A DNA stretch of 64,000 nt from Rhodospirillaceae bacterium (GCA_018660265.1 JABJKS010000013.1:10603-74602); one strand, 5' to 3'. Positions 40,265-50,380 are shown, numbered from the stretch's first letter. The notes: generated from the letters alone by a model not told the origin. A program made the numbers and translations.

Positions 40265-41305
40265 ATGCATTTCGGGATATTCATGGAGTTTGGATTGCGC
40301 GATGGCGGCTCCGAAGCGGAGGCGTTTCGTGAAGGTTTGGACCTTGTGGACGCCGCCGAGGCGTGGGGGTTGGACAGCGCATGGCTGTCCGAGTTTCATT
40401 TTTCGCCAGACCGCTCGGTGTTGTCGTCACCCATCGTCGTCGCGGCTGCGCTTGCGGCGCGAACTCAACGCATGCGAATTGGCATAGCGGTATACGTTTT
40501 GCCGTTAAACAATCCGTTGCGGATCGCCGAGGAGGCCGCGACCGTGGATCAGATCAGTGGCGGGCGTCTGGACTTTGGAATTGGCCGAAGCGGGGTTGTC
40601 CGTTCCTATAATAGCTACAATATTGACTACGGCGAGAGTCAGGGACGCTTCGAGGAAGCTTTGCAAATCCTGCGCAAAGCCTGGTCGGGCAAGAAGTTTT
40701 CTTTCGATGGGACGTTTTATAAAGTAACCGACGCGCTTGTAGTTCCACAGCCTGTGCAAAAACCCTACCCGCCCATGCGGATGGCGGCAACATCAGCGGC
40801 CACTTTCAAGACGGTGGCCGAGCAAGGATTGCCCCTTTTTGTCGGCCTTCGCGGCGATGGCCTGGCGACATTGGTCGAAAATATCAAAATGTATCGGGAA
40901 ACCTGGCACCGGTCGGGACATGAGGGCGATGGAAGCGTTTATTTGCGCGTTCCGGTCTATGCCGCCAGCACGGAAACGGCTGCGTTCGAGGAGCCACGCG
41001 ACAATATCATCTACTATTTTGAACGCCAGGCGCGCCTCATCGCGGCAAGCAGCCCCAAGGGCGGCAATGCAGAGCGCAGTAACACGGCTGCGACGTTATC
41101 GGCGTTGTCATATGAAGATATTTTGCGGGACCGGGTGGCTTTTGGCACTGCCGCCCAGTTGATCGACCGTGTGAACGAATGGCGCGATGTATTGGGTATT
41201 GATGGGATTACAGCGGAAATGAACGCCGGTGGAATGTTGAGCGAGGCGCAAGTCAAAAACAGCCTTCGCATTATTGCCTCAGATGTCATGCCGGCTTTCA
41301 AGTAA
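40265..41305 (+). CDS. LLM-class flavin-dependent oxidoreductase
   Basis: DSAWLSEFHF and RIAEEAATVDQISGGRLDFGIGR motifs. Confidence 0.9.
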   Translation: MHFGIFMEFGLRDGGSEAEAFREGLDLVDAAEAWGLDSAWLSEFHFSPDRSVLSSPIVVAAALAARTQRMRIGIAVYVLPLNNPLRIAEEAATVDQISGGRLDFGIGRSGVVRSYNSYNIDYGESQGRFEEALQILRKAWSGKKFSFDGTFYKVTDALVVPQPVQKPYPPMRMAATSAATFKTVAEQGLPLFVGLRGDGLATLVENIKMYRETWHRSGHEGDGSVYLRVPVYAASTETAAFEEPRDNIIYYFERQARLIAASSPKGGNAERSNTAATLSALSYEDILRDRVAFGTAAQLIDRVNEWRDVLGIDGITAEMNAGGMLSEAQVKNSLRIIASDVMPAFK

Positions 41306-41322
41306 TATCAGCGCGCTCTAAT

Positions 41323-42201
41323 TCACGTCTTATGAGACGCCGCCCAGGGTTGATTGTCGTAACCCGGCGTGAAATTCTGGTTGGTTTGCGTCGGGTTGCG
41401 GTTGATCAGCGGCCGGGCATAGAGCGGGTGGGTCATCGAACGAATTTCGTGTTCCAGCGTATACAGCCCCTCGCCGCTGTCCGGATCAACGATCTCGCGG
41501 AAGCGGTACTGGTATTGGTTGCTTTCCTCGGTAACAAGGCCGCGATCACATAGTTTTTTATGCGGTCCAGAGAAATTGCTGACGTAAAGCTGCACATGAT
41601 GTCCGTCATACTTCGGCAACCGCCCCTTCGTCTCCCGGAATATCAGCTGCTGGTGATGACCGGTCGCCACATGCGCCGCTGGTGCTTTTTCGAAGCTCTT
41701 GACCCTGGCCGCCGTGTTGAGGGTGTCCCGGTAGAAGCGCCCGATCCCCGTGGCCGCGCCGGCGGGGACGTCGAACAAAAGATAGGCCATGCCCAGCATG
41801 GTAGGTCCAAATTTTGCATCAGCTTTATGACAGCGAAATTTGTTGCCCCACGGACATGTCACGTCGATATGACCTTTGCCTGATCTGTAGCTGAACTTCG
41901 TATTCTTGAGATCGGCGCGGACGGTCTTGAGGCTGTTTGCGAGGAATTTCAAGTCCGGCACCACCAGCCCGACCCGCCCGCGCAGCACCTGTGGCTTGCC
42001 GGTCGGCAAATGAAACTGGCTGCGACCCACATTGACCCACATATTCGCCACGCCCGTCACCAGATACGGATCGCGCGTGAGCCCTAACCCGGTAATGTAA
42101 AACAAGGTTGCCAGCCGTTGATCAGGCACCCGCACATTGAGATGTTCGAGGCCGACGACATTGGCGAGGTCTTCTTCGGTACGGTCGAAATTCTTACCCA
42201 T
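41323..42201 (-). CDS. Hypothetical protein, VOC/glyoxalase-like fold
   Basis: LEHLNVRVPD...FY...LGL, QFHLP and a second repeat ending GHHVQLYV. Confidence 0.65.
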   Translation of the reverse strand: MGKNFDRTEEDLANVVGLEHLNVRVPDQRLATLFYITGLGLTRDPYLVTGVANMWVNVGRSQFHLPTGKPQVLRGRVGLVVPDLKFLANSLKTVRADLKNTKFSYRSGKGHIDVTCPWGNKFRCHKADAKFGPTMLGMAYLLFDVPAGAATGIGRFYRDTLNTAARVKSFEKAPAAHVATGHHQQLIFRETKGRLPKYDGHHVQLYVSNFSGPHKKLCDRGLVTEESNQYQYRFREIVDPDSGEGLYTLEHEIRSMTHPLYARPLINRNPTQTNQNFTPGYDNQPWAASHKT

Positions 42202-42320
42202 GCGAAACTTCCCGTTGGCGTGGCCGGCGTTTTCGGCGCTTTAATACTTCAGGTGTTGAAGCCCAATCGGTGGGTCATTGTTGTTCCACGGACGGAGACC
42301 TCCAATCTACCCTCTATCCT

Positions 42321-43199
42321 CTATGCCTGCGCATCCAGTGCGGCCAAAACCTTTGGCGGCGACATTGGCAAGTCGGTCAGGCGCAAACCAACGGCATCCT
42401 CAATAGCGTTTGCAACCGCCGCCATGGGCGGCACGATCGGCACCTCGCCAACGCCACGCACGCCATGAGGATGGGCATCGTTCGGCACTTCAGCGATGAC
42501 CGTATCGATCATTGGTAAGTCCGAGGCGACGGGCATTCGATAATCCAGGAAGCCAGGGTTTTCCAGTTGGCCTTCGTGGTCGTAAATATACTCCTCATTC
42601 AAGGCCCAACCGACACCCTGGGCCACACCACCTTGGATCTGACCCTCGACGTAGCTTGGATGGATTGCGTGGCCGGCATCTTGTACTGCTGTATAGCGAA
42701 CGACCCCACCCGTGCGCAAATAGTCGTGCAGTATCGGCGCATCCGGTTTCATCGCCTCTTCCACATCGATAACATGCGGCAGAACCTCGTAGTCGACTTC
42801 GATCAATGCCAAGGCGTCTTGCGCAATCTTAGGCGATATTGCGGCCACGGCGGCAATCGCGTGACCCGCATATAGCGCCTTGTCTCGTGCCATTACGTTG
42901 CGTGAAACGAAACGCATATCGGCGGGACCGACCATGACGGGTGTATCCAACGGAAAATCCACCAGGTCCGAGCCCCTCATGACTGCTTTGACGCCTGGCA
43001 GCGCCGCGGCTTTTTCAAGTTTGATGGACTTGATTACGGCGTGTGGATGTGGGCTGCGCAGGACCTTGCCCCATAGCATCCCCGGCAGACTAAAATCCGC
43101 CCCAAACGTTGCGCGGCCCGTTACCTTGTCCGTGCCGTCCGGGCGAATTGTCCGTTTTCCTATCCATTTATTGTCTGTAAGGATTTTGTCCATGCTCAA
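42321..43199 (-). pseudogene. Xanthine dehydrogenase/CoxL-family Mo-binding subunit with large in-frame internal deletion
   Basis: N-terminal hammerhead (DKVTG, LRSPHPHA, IEVDYEVLP) joined directly to the C-terminal YTAVQDAG...VEGQIQGG...GVGE...ANAIEDA; 292 aa versus ~750 typical. Confidence 0.8.
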
Positions 43200-43387
43200 C
43201 CTGTTCCTTCAGTGCGCCCTGCTTTTGCATTCTCTGTTTTTCAATGCATCACTGTTTCGATAACCCATGTACCCGAACACGTAGGAACTATAGCACGTAT
43301 ACGAACCCCGTAGGGCCCTACACCGTAGCATTTACCAGCATCCTCCGCATGAAGCGCGATCAGCCGAAATATTCAGGAGATCGTTCC

Positions 43388-43423
43388 ATGCGACTCGCCT
43401 TGTTTACAATGCCCTTACATCCG
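43388..43423 (+). pseudogene. 12-codon remnant of an LLM-type monooxygenase N-terminus
   Basis: AGGAGA RBS then MRLALFTMPLHP, immediately interrupted by IS6 sequence. Confidence 0.5.
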
Positions 43424-43425
43424 CA

Positions 43426-43601
43426 ACGCGTTCGAACAGGAGGTCCTCGATTTGGCGTAGCGACAGCGGATAGCGAATGTACATCATCGCCGCGAGCCGA
43501 ATTACGGCAGGTGAACTGTTGAATTATCGAAAGGGATTTCGCATCGTCAGAGACGATGGAACGCCTCTTCCCCGCTCAAGCCGATTTGCTCTGACAAGAC
43601 C
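43426..43601 (-). mobile_element. IS6-family left-end remnant (not in ORF track)
   Basis: Minus strand: IR GGTCTTGTCAGAGCAA (43601-43586); from ATG 43544 reads MRNPFR*FNSSPAVIRLAAMMYIRYPLSLRQIEDLLFER, homologous to the 48352 ORF. Confidence 0.85.
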
Positions 43602-43616
43602 GTACTAATCTCCAGA

Positions 43617-44924
43617 TCAGCAATCCAGCGTCGTATCCCGTTCCCACTGGGTCAGATGGTGCGAATACTGGTTCCAGTCATTGGTCTTCAATTTGATGTA
43701 GGCATCGCAAAATTCGTCGCCAAATGCAGTGCGCAACATCTTGTCCTTGGCGAACAGGCGAATGGCGTCGATCAAATAGAGCGGCAGTTTTTTGGCACCG
43801 CGTATTTTGTGGCCGTCCGCATACATATCAATATCCAGCCGTTTGCCCGGATCGGTCTTATTCGCAATGCCATCCAATCCAGCTGCAAGATAACCCGCCA
43901 TCAGCAAATAGGGGTTTGCCGCACCATCGGCCAGACGGAATTCGAACCGGCCTTCATCTGGCACCCGGACCATATGTGTGCGGTTATTGCCGCCGAATGT
44001 TACGGTGTTCGGTGCCCAAGTAGAGCCGGACGACGTTGCCGGCGCATTGATGCGTTTATAGGAATTGACCGTCGGATTTGTTATTGCCGCCAGACCCTGG
44101 GCATGTGCCAGCACCCCGCCAAGAAAATGGTAGCCCAACTCGGATATACCCAATTCGCCGTTGGGATCATGTGTCAGACAATTTGCCCCGTCCAGGCTCC
44201 ACAATGATGCATGTACGTGACAGCCGTTGCCGGTCAAGTGGCTGAACGGCTTGGGCATGAAGGTGGCGCGCAGCCCGTGCTTCTCGGCGATTGACTTCAC
44301 CAAAAATCGGAAAAAGCATAATTGATCAGCTGTTTTCAGGCAGTCGTAAAAGTCCCAATTGATTTCAAATTGCCCGTTGGCATCTTCGTGATCATTTTGG
44401 TACGGCCCCCATCCCAACTGGCCCAGGGAAGAGCAAATTTCAGCGATTACATCGTAACGGCGCATCAGCGCGGATTGATCGTAACATGGCTTTTCCTGAA
44501 TATCACGTTGATCGGAAATCGCCGAACCGTCTTCATTGATGAGATGGAATTCCGGCTCGACCCCGGCTTTCATCAATATCCCCATTTCTCTCGCCTGGCT
44601 GATCACCGCGTGCAATACATTGCGCGGCGCCTGGGCCACCGGGTTACCGTCCATGTAAAGATCACCTGGCACCCAGGCGACCTCCGGCTTCCATGGCAGC
44701 TGGATGACCGCGTCCCCATCGGGCATGGCGAACATGTCGGGATGTGCCGGCGTCATGTCCAGCCAGGCGGCGAAACCGGCAAATCCTGCACCGGATTTCT
44801 GCATGCCGCCAATGGCCGCCGCGGGCACCAATTTGGACCGCTGGATGCCAAACAAGTCAGTGAAGTTCATCAGAAAAAATTTGATGCCGTTGTCTTCGGC
44901 ATACTGCGCCAGATCGGTTGCCAT
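43617..44924 (-). CDS. gmaS: Gamma-glutamylmethylamide synthetase (type III GS-like, GlnT)
   Basis: GAGFAGFA, GVEPEF, QNDHEDANGQFE, TFMPKP, GNGCH, NNRTHMVR motifs; context with mgsABC. Confidence 0.9.
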   Translation of the reverse strand: MATDLAQYAEDNGIKFFLMNFTDLFGIQRSKLVPAAAIGGMQKSGAGFAGFAAWLDMTPAHPDMFAMPDGDAVIQLPWKPEVAWVPGDLYMDGNPVAQAPRNVLHAVISQAREMGILMKAGVEPEFHLINEDGSAISDQRDIQEKPCYDQSALMRRYDVIAEICSSLGQLGWGPYQNDHEDANGQFEINWDFYDCLKTADQLCFFRFLVKSIAEKHGLRATFMPKPFSHLTGNGCHVHASLWSLDGANCLTHDPNGELGISELGYHFLGGVLAHAQGLAAITNPTVNSYKRINAPATSSGSTWAPNTVTFGGNNRTHMVRVPDEGRFEFRLADGAANPYLLMAGYLAAGLDGIANKTDPGKRLDIDMYADGHKIRGAKKLPLYLIDAIRLFAKDKMLRTAFGDEFCDAYIKLKTNDWNQYSHHLTQWERDTTLDC

Positions 44925-44946
44925 TCTGCTCCCCTCTATGGGTTTG

Positions 44947-45093
44947 CCGGCTTAGCCGGAATCTACTTGGTTGCTAATGGTGCGAGCGAAACAGAAGAGT
45001 CCTTCTGTTTCGTGTCTCGCGCACCAGGATTCTTAAGAGTCTCGTGGTCTTTCGATCCTAACGAATGGGAATAATCCGTTAGAATCGGACCAC
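44947..45093 (-). other. Highly structured mgsC-gmaS intergenic region (serial hairpins)
   Basis: Perfect 11-bp stem 44987-44997/45002-45012 plus stems at 44947-44959, 45028-45041 and 45044-45093. Confidence 0.55.
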
Positions 45094-46421
45094 TAGGATC
45101 CGCCGCGACCGGGAATCCAATCCGTTCCAGCCAAAGGCACACGCGCCATCGCGGCGGCTTCCATTGTCAGCGCTACTAGATCTTCGGGTTCCAGATTGTT
45201 CAAATGGCTCTTGCCGCAGGCTCGGGCGATCGTCTGCGCTTCCAGGTTCATGACTTTGAGATAGTTGGCGAGCCGGCGGCCGGCTGCGATGGGATCCAAC
45301 CGTTTCGCGAGCGCGGGATCCTGGGTCGAAATGCCGGCCGGATCACGGCCCTCGTGCCAATCATCATAGGCGCCGGCGGTCGTGCCAAGCTTGTTGTATT
45401 CTTCTTCAAGGCCCGGATCATTATCACCCAGGGCGACCAACGCTGCCGTGCCGATCGATACCGCATCGGCACCAAGTGCGAGGGCCTTCGCCACATCGGC
45501 ACCGTTGCGTATGCCACCCGATATGACCAACTGGACCTTGCGATGCATGTCCAGGTCTTGCAGCGCATCCACCGCCGGCCGGATACAGGCCAATGTGGGC
45601 TGGCCCACATGTTCTATAAAGACTTCCTGGGTTGCCGCCGTGCCGCCCTGCATGCCATCCAGCACCACAACATCAGCACCGGCCTTGACGCACAATGCGG
45701 TGTCGTAGAATGGACGTGTGCCGCTGATTTTCACATAGATCGGTTTTTCCCAATTGGTGATCTCGCGCAGTTCCTGGATCTTGATTGCCAGATCGTCCGG
45801 TCCGGTCCAGTCCGGATGCCGGCAGGCCGAGCGCTGATCGATACCCTTGGGCAAGTTGCGCATCTCCGCGACCCGGTCGGATATTTTCTGACCCAACAGC
45901 ATGCCGCCGCCACCCGGCTTGGCGCCTTGACCGACCACCACCTCGATGGCGTCCGCTTTGCGCAGATCGTCCGGATTCATGCCATATCGCGAGGGCAAAT
46001 ACTGATAGACCAGGATTTTCGACTGGCCACGTTCTTCCGGCGTCATGCCGCCATCGCCTGTTGTGGTCGAGGTGCCCGCGATCGATGCACCACGCCCCAG
46101 TGCTTCTTTCGCCTGCGCCGATAGCGAACCAAAACTCATACCGGCAATGGTGATGGGAATATCCAATTCGATAGGGTTTTTGGCAAACTGCGTGCCAAGC
46201 ACCACCTTGGTATCGCATGTCTCCCGATAGCCCTCGAGAGGATAACGCGACATAGAAGCACCGAGAAACAACAGATCGTCAAAATGCGGCAACTGCCGCT
46301 TGGACCCACCGCCGCGAATATCATATATACCCGTCGCCGCCGCCCGGCGAATTTCAGACAACGTATAGTCATCGAAGGTCGCCGACTTGCGCGGTAGGGT
46401 CATTGGGATTTCTGCAGCCAT
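45093..46421 (-). CDS. mgsC: N-methylglutamate synthase subunit C (FMN-binding glutamate synthase family)
   Basis: AGMSFGSLS, TTGDGG, GQGAKPGGGG and SGGIRNGADVAKALALGAD; start ATG 46421. Confidence 0.9.
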   Translation of the reverse strand: MAAEIPMTLPRKSATFDDYTLSEIRRAAATGIYDIRGGGSKRQLPHFDDLLFLGASMSRYPLEGYRETCDTKVVLGTQFAKNPIELDIPITIAGMSFGSLSAQAKEALGRGASIAGTSTTTGDGGMTPEERGQSKILVYQYLPSRYGMNPDDLRKADAIEVVVGQGAKPGGGGMLLGQKISDRVAEMRNLPKGIDQRSACRHPDWTGPDDLAIKIQELREITNWEKPIYVKISGTRPFYDTALCVKAGADVVVLDGMQGGTAATQEVFIEHVGQPTLACIRPAVDALQDLDMHRKVQLVISGGIRNGADVAKALALGADAVSIGTAALVALGDNDPGLEEEYNKLGTTAGAYDDWHEGRDPAGISTQDPALAKRLDPIAAGRRLANYLKVMNLEAQTIARACGKSHLNNLEPEDLVALTMEAAAMARVPLAGTDWIPGRGGS

Positions 46422-46431
46422 TGTTCCAGCC

Positions 46432-47115
46432 TTAATATGCATCAGCGTTGTCGATGTCGAAATTGTATAATGTACGGGCCGAGCCATAGCGTCGGAAACT
46501 GCCTGGATCCGCATCAATGTCGGCGGCGTCGAGCAATTCAGCCAGCTTGACGAGATGTTCGGGGCGCATCTCCTTTTCGATGCAGTCGGCGCCAAGGCCC
46601 GCCACCTTGCCGCGCACAAAGACAATGGCCTCGTAAATTGAATCGCCCAAGGCATCCGAGGCGTCGCCGCATACCACCAGATGACCCGACTGCGCCATAA
46701 AGCCCGACATGTGGCCAACGGATCCGCCGACTACGATGTCAACGCCTTTCATCGAAATGCCGCAGCGTGATGAGGCATCGCCTTCGATCACCAGCAATCC
46801 GCCATGGGCCGTGGCACCCGCGGAATCCGAGGCACTGCCCTTGACCCGCACTTGGCCCGACATCATATTCTCAGCAACACCGACGCCGGCATGGCCCTGG
46901 ATGGTAATCTCGGCCTGCTGGTTCATGCCGCCGCAATAAAAGCCCACGTGGCCATCGATGGTAACCTTGAGCGGCGCATCCAGACCACAGGCAATGGCAT
47001 GCTGGCCCATGGGATTGCTGATCAGCCAGTCCTGTGCGTTAGCACCTTCAGGTAAGCCGTGCAGCGCGGAATTGACGCCGCGGACACCGAGCTTTTGCAG
47101 ATCAAGTTCTGTCAT
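46432..47115 (-). CDS. mgsB: N-methylglutamate synthase subunit B (GXGXG domain)
   Basis: Repeated GXGXG-type beta-helix (GHVGFYCGGMN, GVAENMMSG, RCGISMKG). Confidence 0.88.
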   Translation of the reverse strand: MTELDLQKLGVRGVNSALHGLPEGANAQDWLISNPMGQHAIACGLDAPLKVTIDGHVGFYCGGMNQQAEITIQGHAGVGVAENMMSGQVRVKGSASDSAGATAHGGLLVIEGDASSRCGISMKGVDIVVGGSVGHMSGFMAQSGHLVVCGDASDALGDSIYEAIVFVRGKVAGLGADCIEKEMRPEHLVKLAELLDAADIDADPGSFRRYGSARTLYNFDIDNADAY

Positions 47116-47117
47116 GT

Positions 47118-48020
47118 TCAATGGGCACTTCCCCAGGTGTAGATCTTGTGGGGCTCCGGCTCCCAGATCTCGGCTGCATCCGCGCCGGGCAGATGGGCGA
47201 TGGCGCGATACTCGGTCGCCATGGCCACCCAGCCCTCCGTCTCCGCCAACACCGCATGTTTGCAGCCAAAAGGATCTCGCATCACGGCAAATCCGTCGGC
47301 GGTGCCGACACAGAATGTGTAGAAGCCATCCAGTTCGACAAGCCCCGCTTCCAGCGCGGCATGCAAAGACAGGCCCTGGCGCAACTTCATGGTCATAAAG
47401 CCTGCCGCGACCTCAGTATCATTTTCCGTCTGAAAGACAATTCCGCTCCGCTCAAGCCCGCGGCGCAAGTGGTTGTGGTTTGACAGCGAACCATTGTGCA
47501 CCAGGCATAAATCCAGCCCGGTCGCGAAGGGATGGGAGCCTGCCGTGGTCACTGCGCTTTCCGTCGCCATGCGGGTATGGCCGATGGCGTGGCTGCCGTG
47601 CGCACCGACCAGCTTGAACTGTTCGACAACGTCTTTTGGCAGGCCGGTCTGTTTGAAAATTTCAATACTCCGGCCTGAACCAACGACGCGGATTTGGGGC
47701 CGGGTTTCCGCAAGCCAGGCCTGCGTCGCAAATGGATCAGCGTCGGTGACCAGAACCGCGTGATCACCATGAACATCGAGCCGCGCCTGGCAATTCAGGG
47801 CATTTTTCAAGGCAGTGCCAAGCGACGTCCAGTCGGTGTCCGGCTCATCGCTGGCCAGGGTGAACTTGGTCTGATGTTGATCAACCGGATTACGATAAAT
47901 CGCAAAACCTGCTGAGTCCGGTCCACGGTCGGTCATCTCGATCAGCATCGGCGCAAACAGGGCACCCAGGTTTGCTTGAAGGTTCGGGTCCTTCAAATAA
48001 AGGCCGACAATTCCGCACAT
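47118..48020 (-). CDS. mgsA: N-methylglutamate synthase subunit A (class II glutamine amidotransferase)
   Basis: MCGIVG start, RGPDSAG, GHTRMATES, HNGSLSN and ENDTEV motifs. Confidence 0.9.
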   Translation of the reverse strand: MCGIVGLYLKDPNLQANLGALFAPMLIEMTDRGPDSAGFAIYRNPVDQHQTKFTLASDEPDTDWTSLGTALKNALNCQARLDVHGDHAVLVTDADPFATQAWLAETRPQIRVVGSGRSIEIFKQTGLPKDVVEQFKLVGAHGSHAIGHTRMATESAVTTAGSHPFATGLDLCLVHNGSLSNHNHLRRGLERSGIVFQTENDTEVAAGFMTMKLRQGLSLHAALEAGLVELDGFYTFCVGTADGFAVMRDPFGCKHAVLAETEGWVAMATEYRAIAHLPGADAAEIWEPEPHKIYTWGSAH

Positions 48021-48294
48021 GGCATTTTCCTCCGCGCGCGTGCTCAAAAGCGAAGCATCACGCAAACAGCGTCTTCATCTATCTCTTGGACGCATTTAAC
48101 CGCAGCAACGACTGGGAAAATGCTAACAACAGGCCATCGCCCATGAGGTGCGTATAGTCGGCTACGTCAGCTGATACGATAGCAGCTGATCTACGTTGCG
48201 TTCCCCGCCATGCGGTGAGTTTAGCTGCAGTTGTTCAAATTATCTATGCGTATTGAATTAGGACGGCATGACGGCCTTTGGCATTTCTCTAGCC

Positions 48295-48778
48295 GGCGTT
48301 GTCAGAGGAATCTTGCTTGGAGTGATTACTGCGGTTTCGTAGCTTTACGGGATGAGAAATCCATTTCGATATTTCAAGACCTCGCCCGAAATCATCCGCT
48401 TGGCTGTGATGATGTATGTCCGGTTTCCGCTTTCACTGCGGCAAGTGGAAGATTTGCGCCATGAACGCGGCGTTGATGTCAGCTATGAGCCCGTTCGCTG
48501 GCTGAACAATAGGGCCGAAAATTCACACCAGCCGTTCCGGCGACGAGAGCCTGCGATGGCAAAGTTCACGAGCGCCAAATCTCTACAGAAATTTGTTTCG
48601 AACCATGCTTCGATCCATGCTTCGGTCCACAACTATTTTAACCGGGGACTTCATCTTCGCAGCCGCCAAATCTTCAAACCCAATCGCTCGCTTGCCCTTG
48701 CTGAATGGCGTCAATTTGCCGCTTGAAACGACAGGTGGCTCGGATTTTCTGCCTCGCCCACGTTCCTCTGACAGTGCC
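48295..48778 (+). mobile_element. Internally deleted IS6-family element (484 bp, both IRs present)
   Basis: IRL GGCGTTGTCAGAGGAA and IRR TTCCTCTGACAGTGCC (14/16 complementary); ORF 48352-48726 has IS6 N- and C-termini (NNRAENSHQPFRRRE) but lacks the middle. Confidence 0.9.
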
Positions 48779-48799
48779 TAAGGGGAGATTAAACCACCT

Positions 48800-49720
48800 T
48801 TATCCCACCTCTTCCCGAAGCCGGCCATGTAGGGATTGCAGAGTGTCGAGGATCATTTGAACGCTGCGGGCGCCCGATTGGAATATCGCCGTGGCATTCA
48901 AGGACACGCCATGAAATCCCATTTCCTTCATGGCGACGGCACGGGCCACCACCCGGTCTGGCTGGGCATAGAAGGTTTTGGCCTCCGCGTCGCCGGGACG
49001 CGGCGGCGAGGCGATCATGCCTTCCCAGCCCATGACTTCCGGATCGCGGCCAGCGGCGAGGGCCGCTTCACGGATGGTATCCATGGCCTGCTTGGCAAAA
49101 TCGGCGTCCTCGACCTGCCCAGCAAGCCAGCCGTCGGCATATTTCCCAACCCGGCGCAGGGCGGGGGCGCTCCGTCCGCCGATCCAGATGGGCAGACCCG
49201 TGTCCAGGGTTGGTTTCGGCTCCATTGCCATGGCAACGGCATTGTAATAATCGCCCTCGAAGTCGATCCGTTCATCGCACCAGCAGGCCTGGATCAGCTC
49301 AATGGCCTCGTCCATGCGTTTGCCCCGATCGGCAAACCGCTCGCCGAGCGCCTCATACTCTGAGGCCTGCCATCCAATACCGATGCCGCACCGCGCCCGC
49401 CCGCCGGATAATGTATCAAGGGTGCTGAACTGTTTCGCCACCAGAACAGGCTGGCGCTGCGGCAGTACCAGAACCTGAGTGCCAAGACCGATCCGTTTAG
49501 TGACCGCCGCCGCATATGACAGGGTCATCAGGGCTTCGAGGATCGGCATGTTGGCCGCATAATATGATTTGTCGCGGCCTTCTACGTTGTATCCCATGAC
49601 CACGTGATCATAGATGTCCAGTTGGTCGTAGCCGATATCTTCGATGCCCTTGGCCAATTGGGCGACCATTGCCGGGCCTTCTCGATGGGAAACACTGGGA
49701 AATTCGACTGCCAATTTCAT
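48800..49720 (-). CDS. LLM-class (probable F420-type) oxidoreductase
   Basis: DHVVM, VLVLPQRQPVLVAKQ, GIGW...EY, RGKRMDE and PIWIGG motifs. Confidence 0.88.
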   Translation of the reverse strand: MKLAVEFPSVSHREGPAMVAQLAKGIEDIGYDQLDIYDHVVMGYNVEGRDKSYYAANMPILEALMTLSYAAAVTKRIGLGTQVLVLPQRQPVLVAKQFSTLDTLSGGRARCGIGIGWQASEYEALGERFADRGKRMDEAIELIQACWCDERIDFEGDYYNAVAMAMEPKPTLDTGLPIWIGGRSAPALRRVGKYADGWLAGQVEDADFAKQAMDTIREAALAAGRDPEVMGWEGMIASPPRPGDAEAKTFYAQPDRVVARAVAMKEMGFHGVSLNATAIFQSGARSVQMILDTLQSLHGRLREEVG

Positions 49721-49957
49721 TGTTGGTGTCCTTTGCTTGTTCGTAAAGGCCGCGCACTCAAGCGCGGACGGTATCGTGGAATGGATAGCAGAACCATGGC
49801 CTAGATGTGAGTTCTCACGATGCCAAAGACCTGGTTGGCTTGTTTCAATAACCTGAACATATCGCAGCTCGAGTTTCTTCGAGTAGCCGTCTCACCTCTG
49901 ACTTGGGAGAACGAAAGGAGCTTGGCTTCCATGATTGCGTCGAGCCGACAACGGTCA

Positions 49958-50380
49958 TTACGCCGGGTCGAGGGTTACTTCCCGGCTCGTGAAACGCCAA
50001 CCATCGGCGGTGCGTTGAAGCGTGTCGCGGTAAAAACCGGTGAAACGCAATTCCGCGCTCTCTGCCCGTCCGGCGCCGAAAGCATTCATGTAGCAGCGTA
50101 GCGTGGCTTGGTCGTCGGTCACCTCGATCAACAGGTTCCAGTTCCAATGGCGGACCCGGCCCTGGTTAATGGCGTAGTGCGATTTCCCGTAGGCGCGCAA
50201 GGCTTCGTGGCCTTTGTGAACACCACCCCGCGGCTCATTCGGCGGCAAACCGACACAGGAAAAAATTCCATCCTCTGCAAAGCATGCGACCCAGTCATCG
50301 ACCTCGCCGGCATCAAGGTGCCAATTATACTTGGCCACAAGCTGTCGTATGGCCTCGCAATCGTCCGCATGTTGTCCCAT
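49958..50380 (-). CDS. SnoaL-like / NTF2-family protein
   Basis: AIRQLVAKY...D...W..CF..DG and YRDTLQRTADGWRF motifs. Confidence 0.85.
   Translation of the reverse strand: MGQHADDCEAIRQLVAKYNWHLDAGEVDDWVACFAEDGIFSCVGLPPNEPRGGVHKGHEALRAYGKSHYAINQGRVRHWNWNLLIEVTDDQATLRCYMNAFGAGRAESAELRFTGFYRDTLQRTADGWRFTSREVTLDPA

Noticed and set aside
43275-43330. CGTAG repeats and a GTAGGGCCCTAC palindrome, REP-like
   Set aside because: Too short and degenerate, and not repeated elsewhere in the window.
43617-44924. Annotation as ordinary glutamine synthetase (and mgs genes as glutamate synthase)
   Set aside because: The split GATase/GXGXG/FMN trio plus a type III GS-like gene is the established mgsABC-gmaS arrangement.
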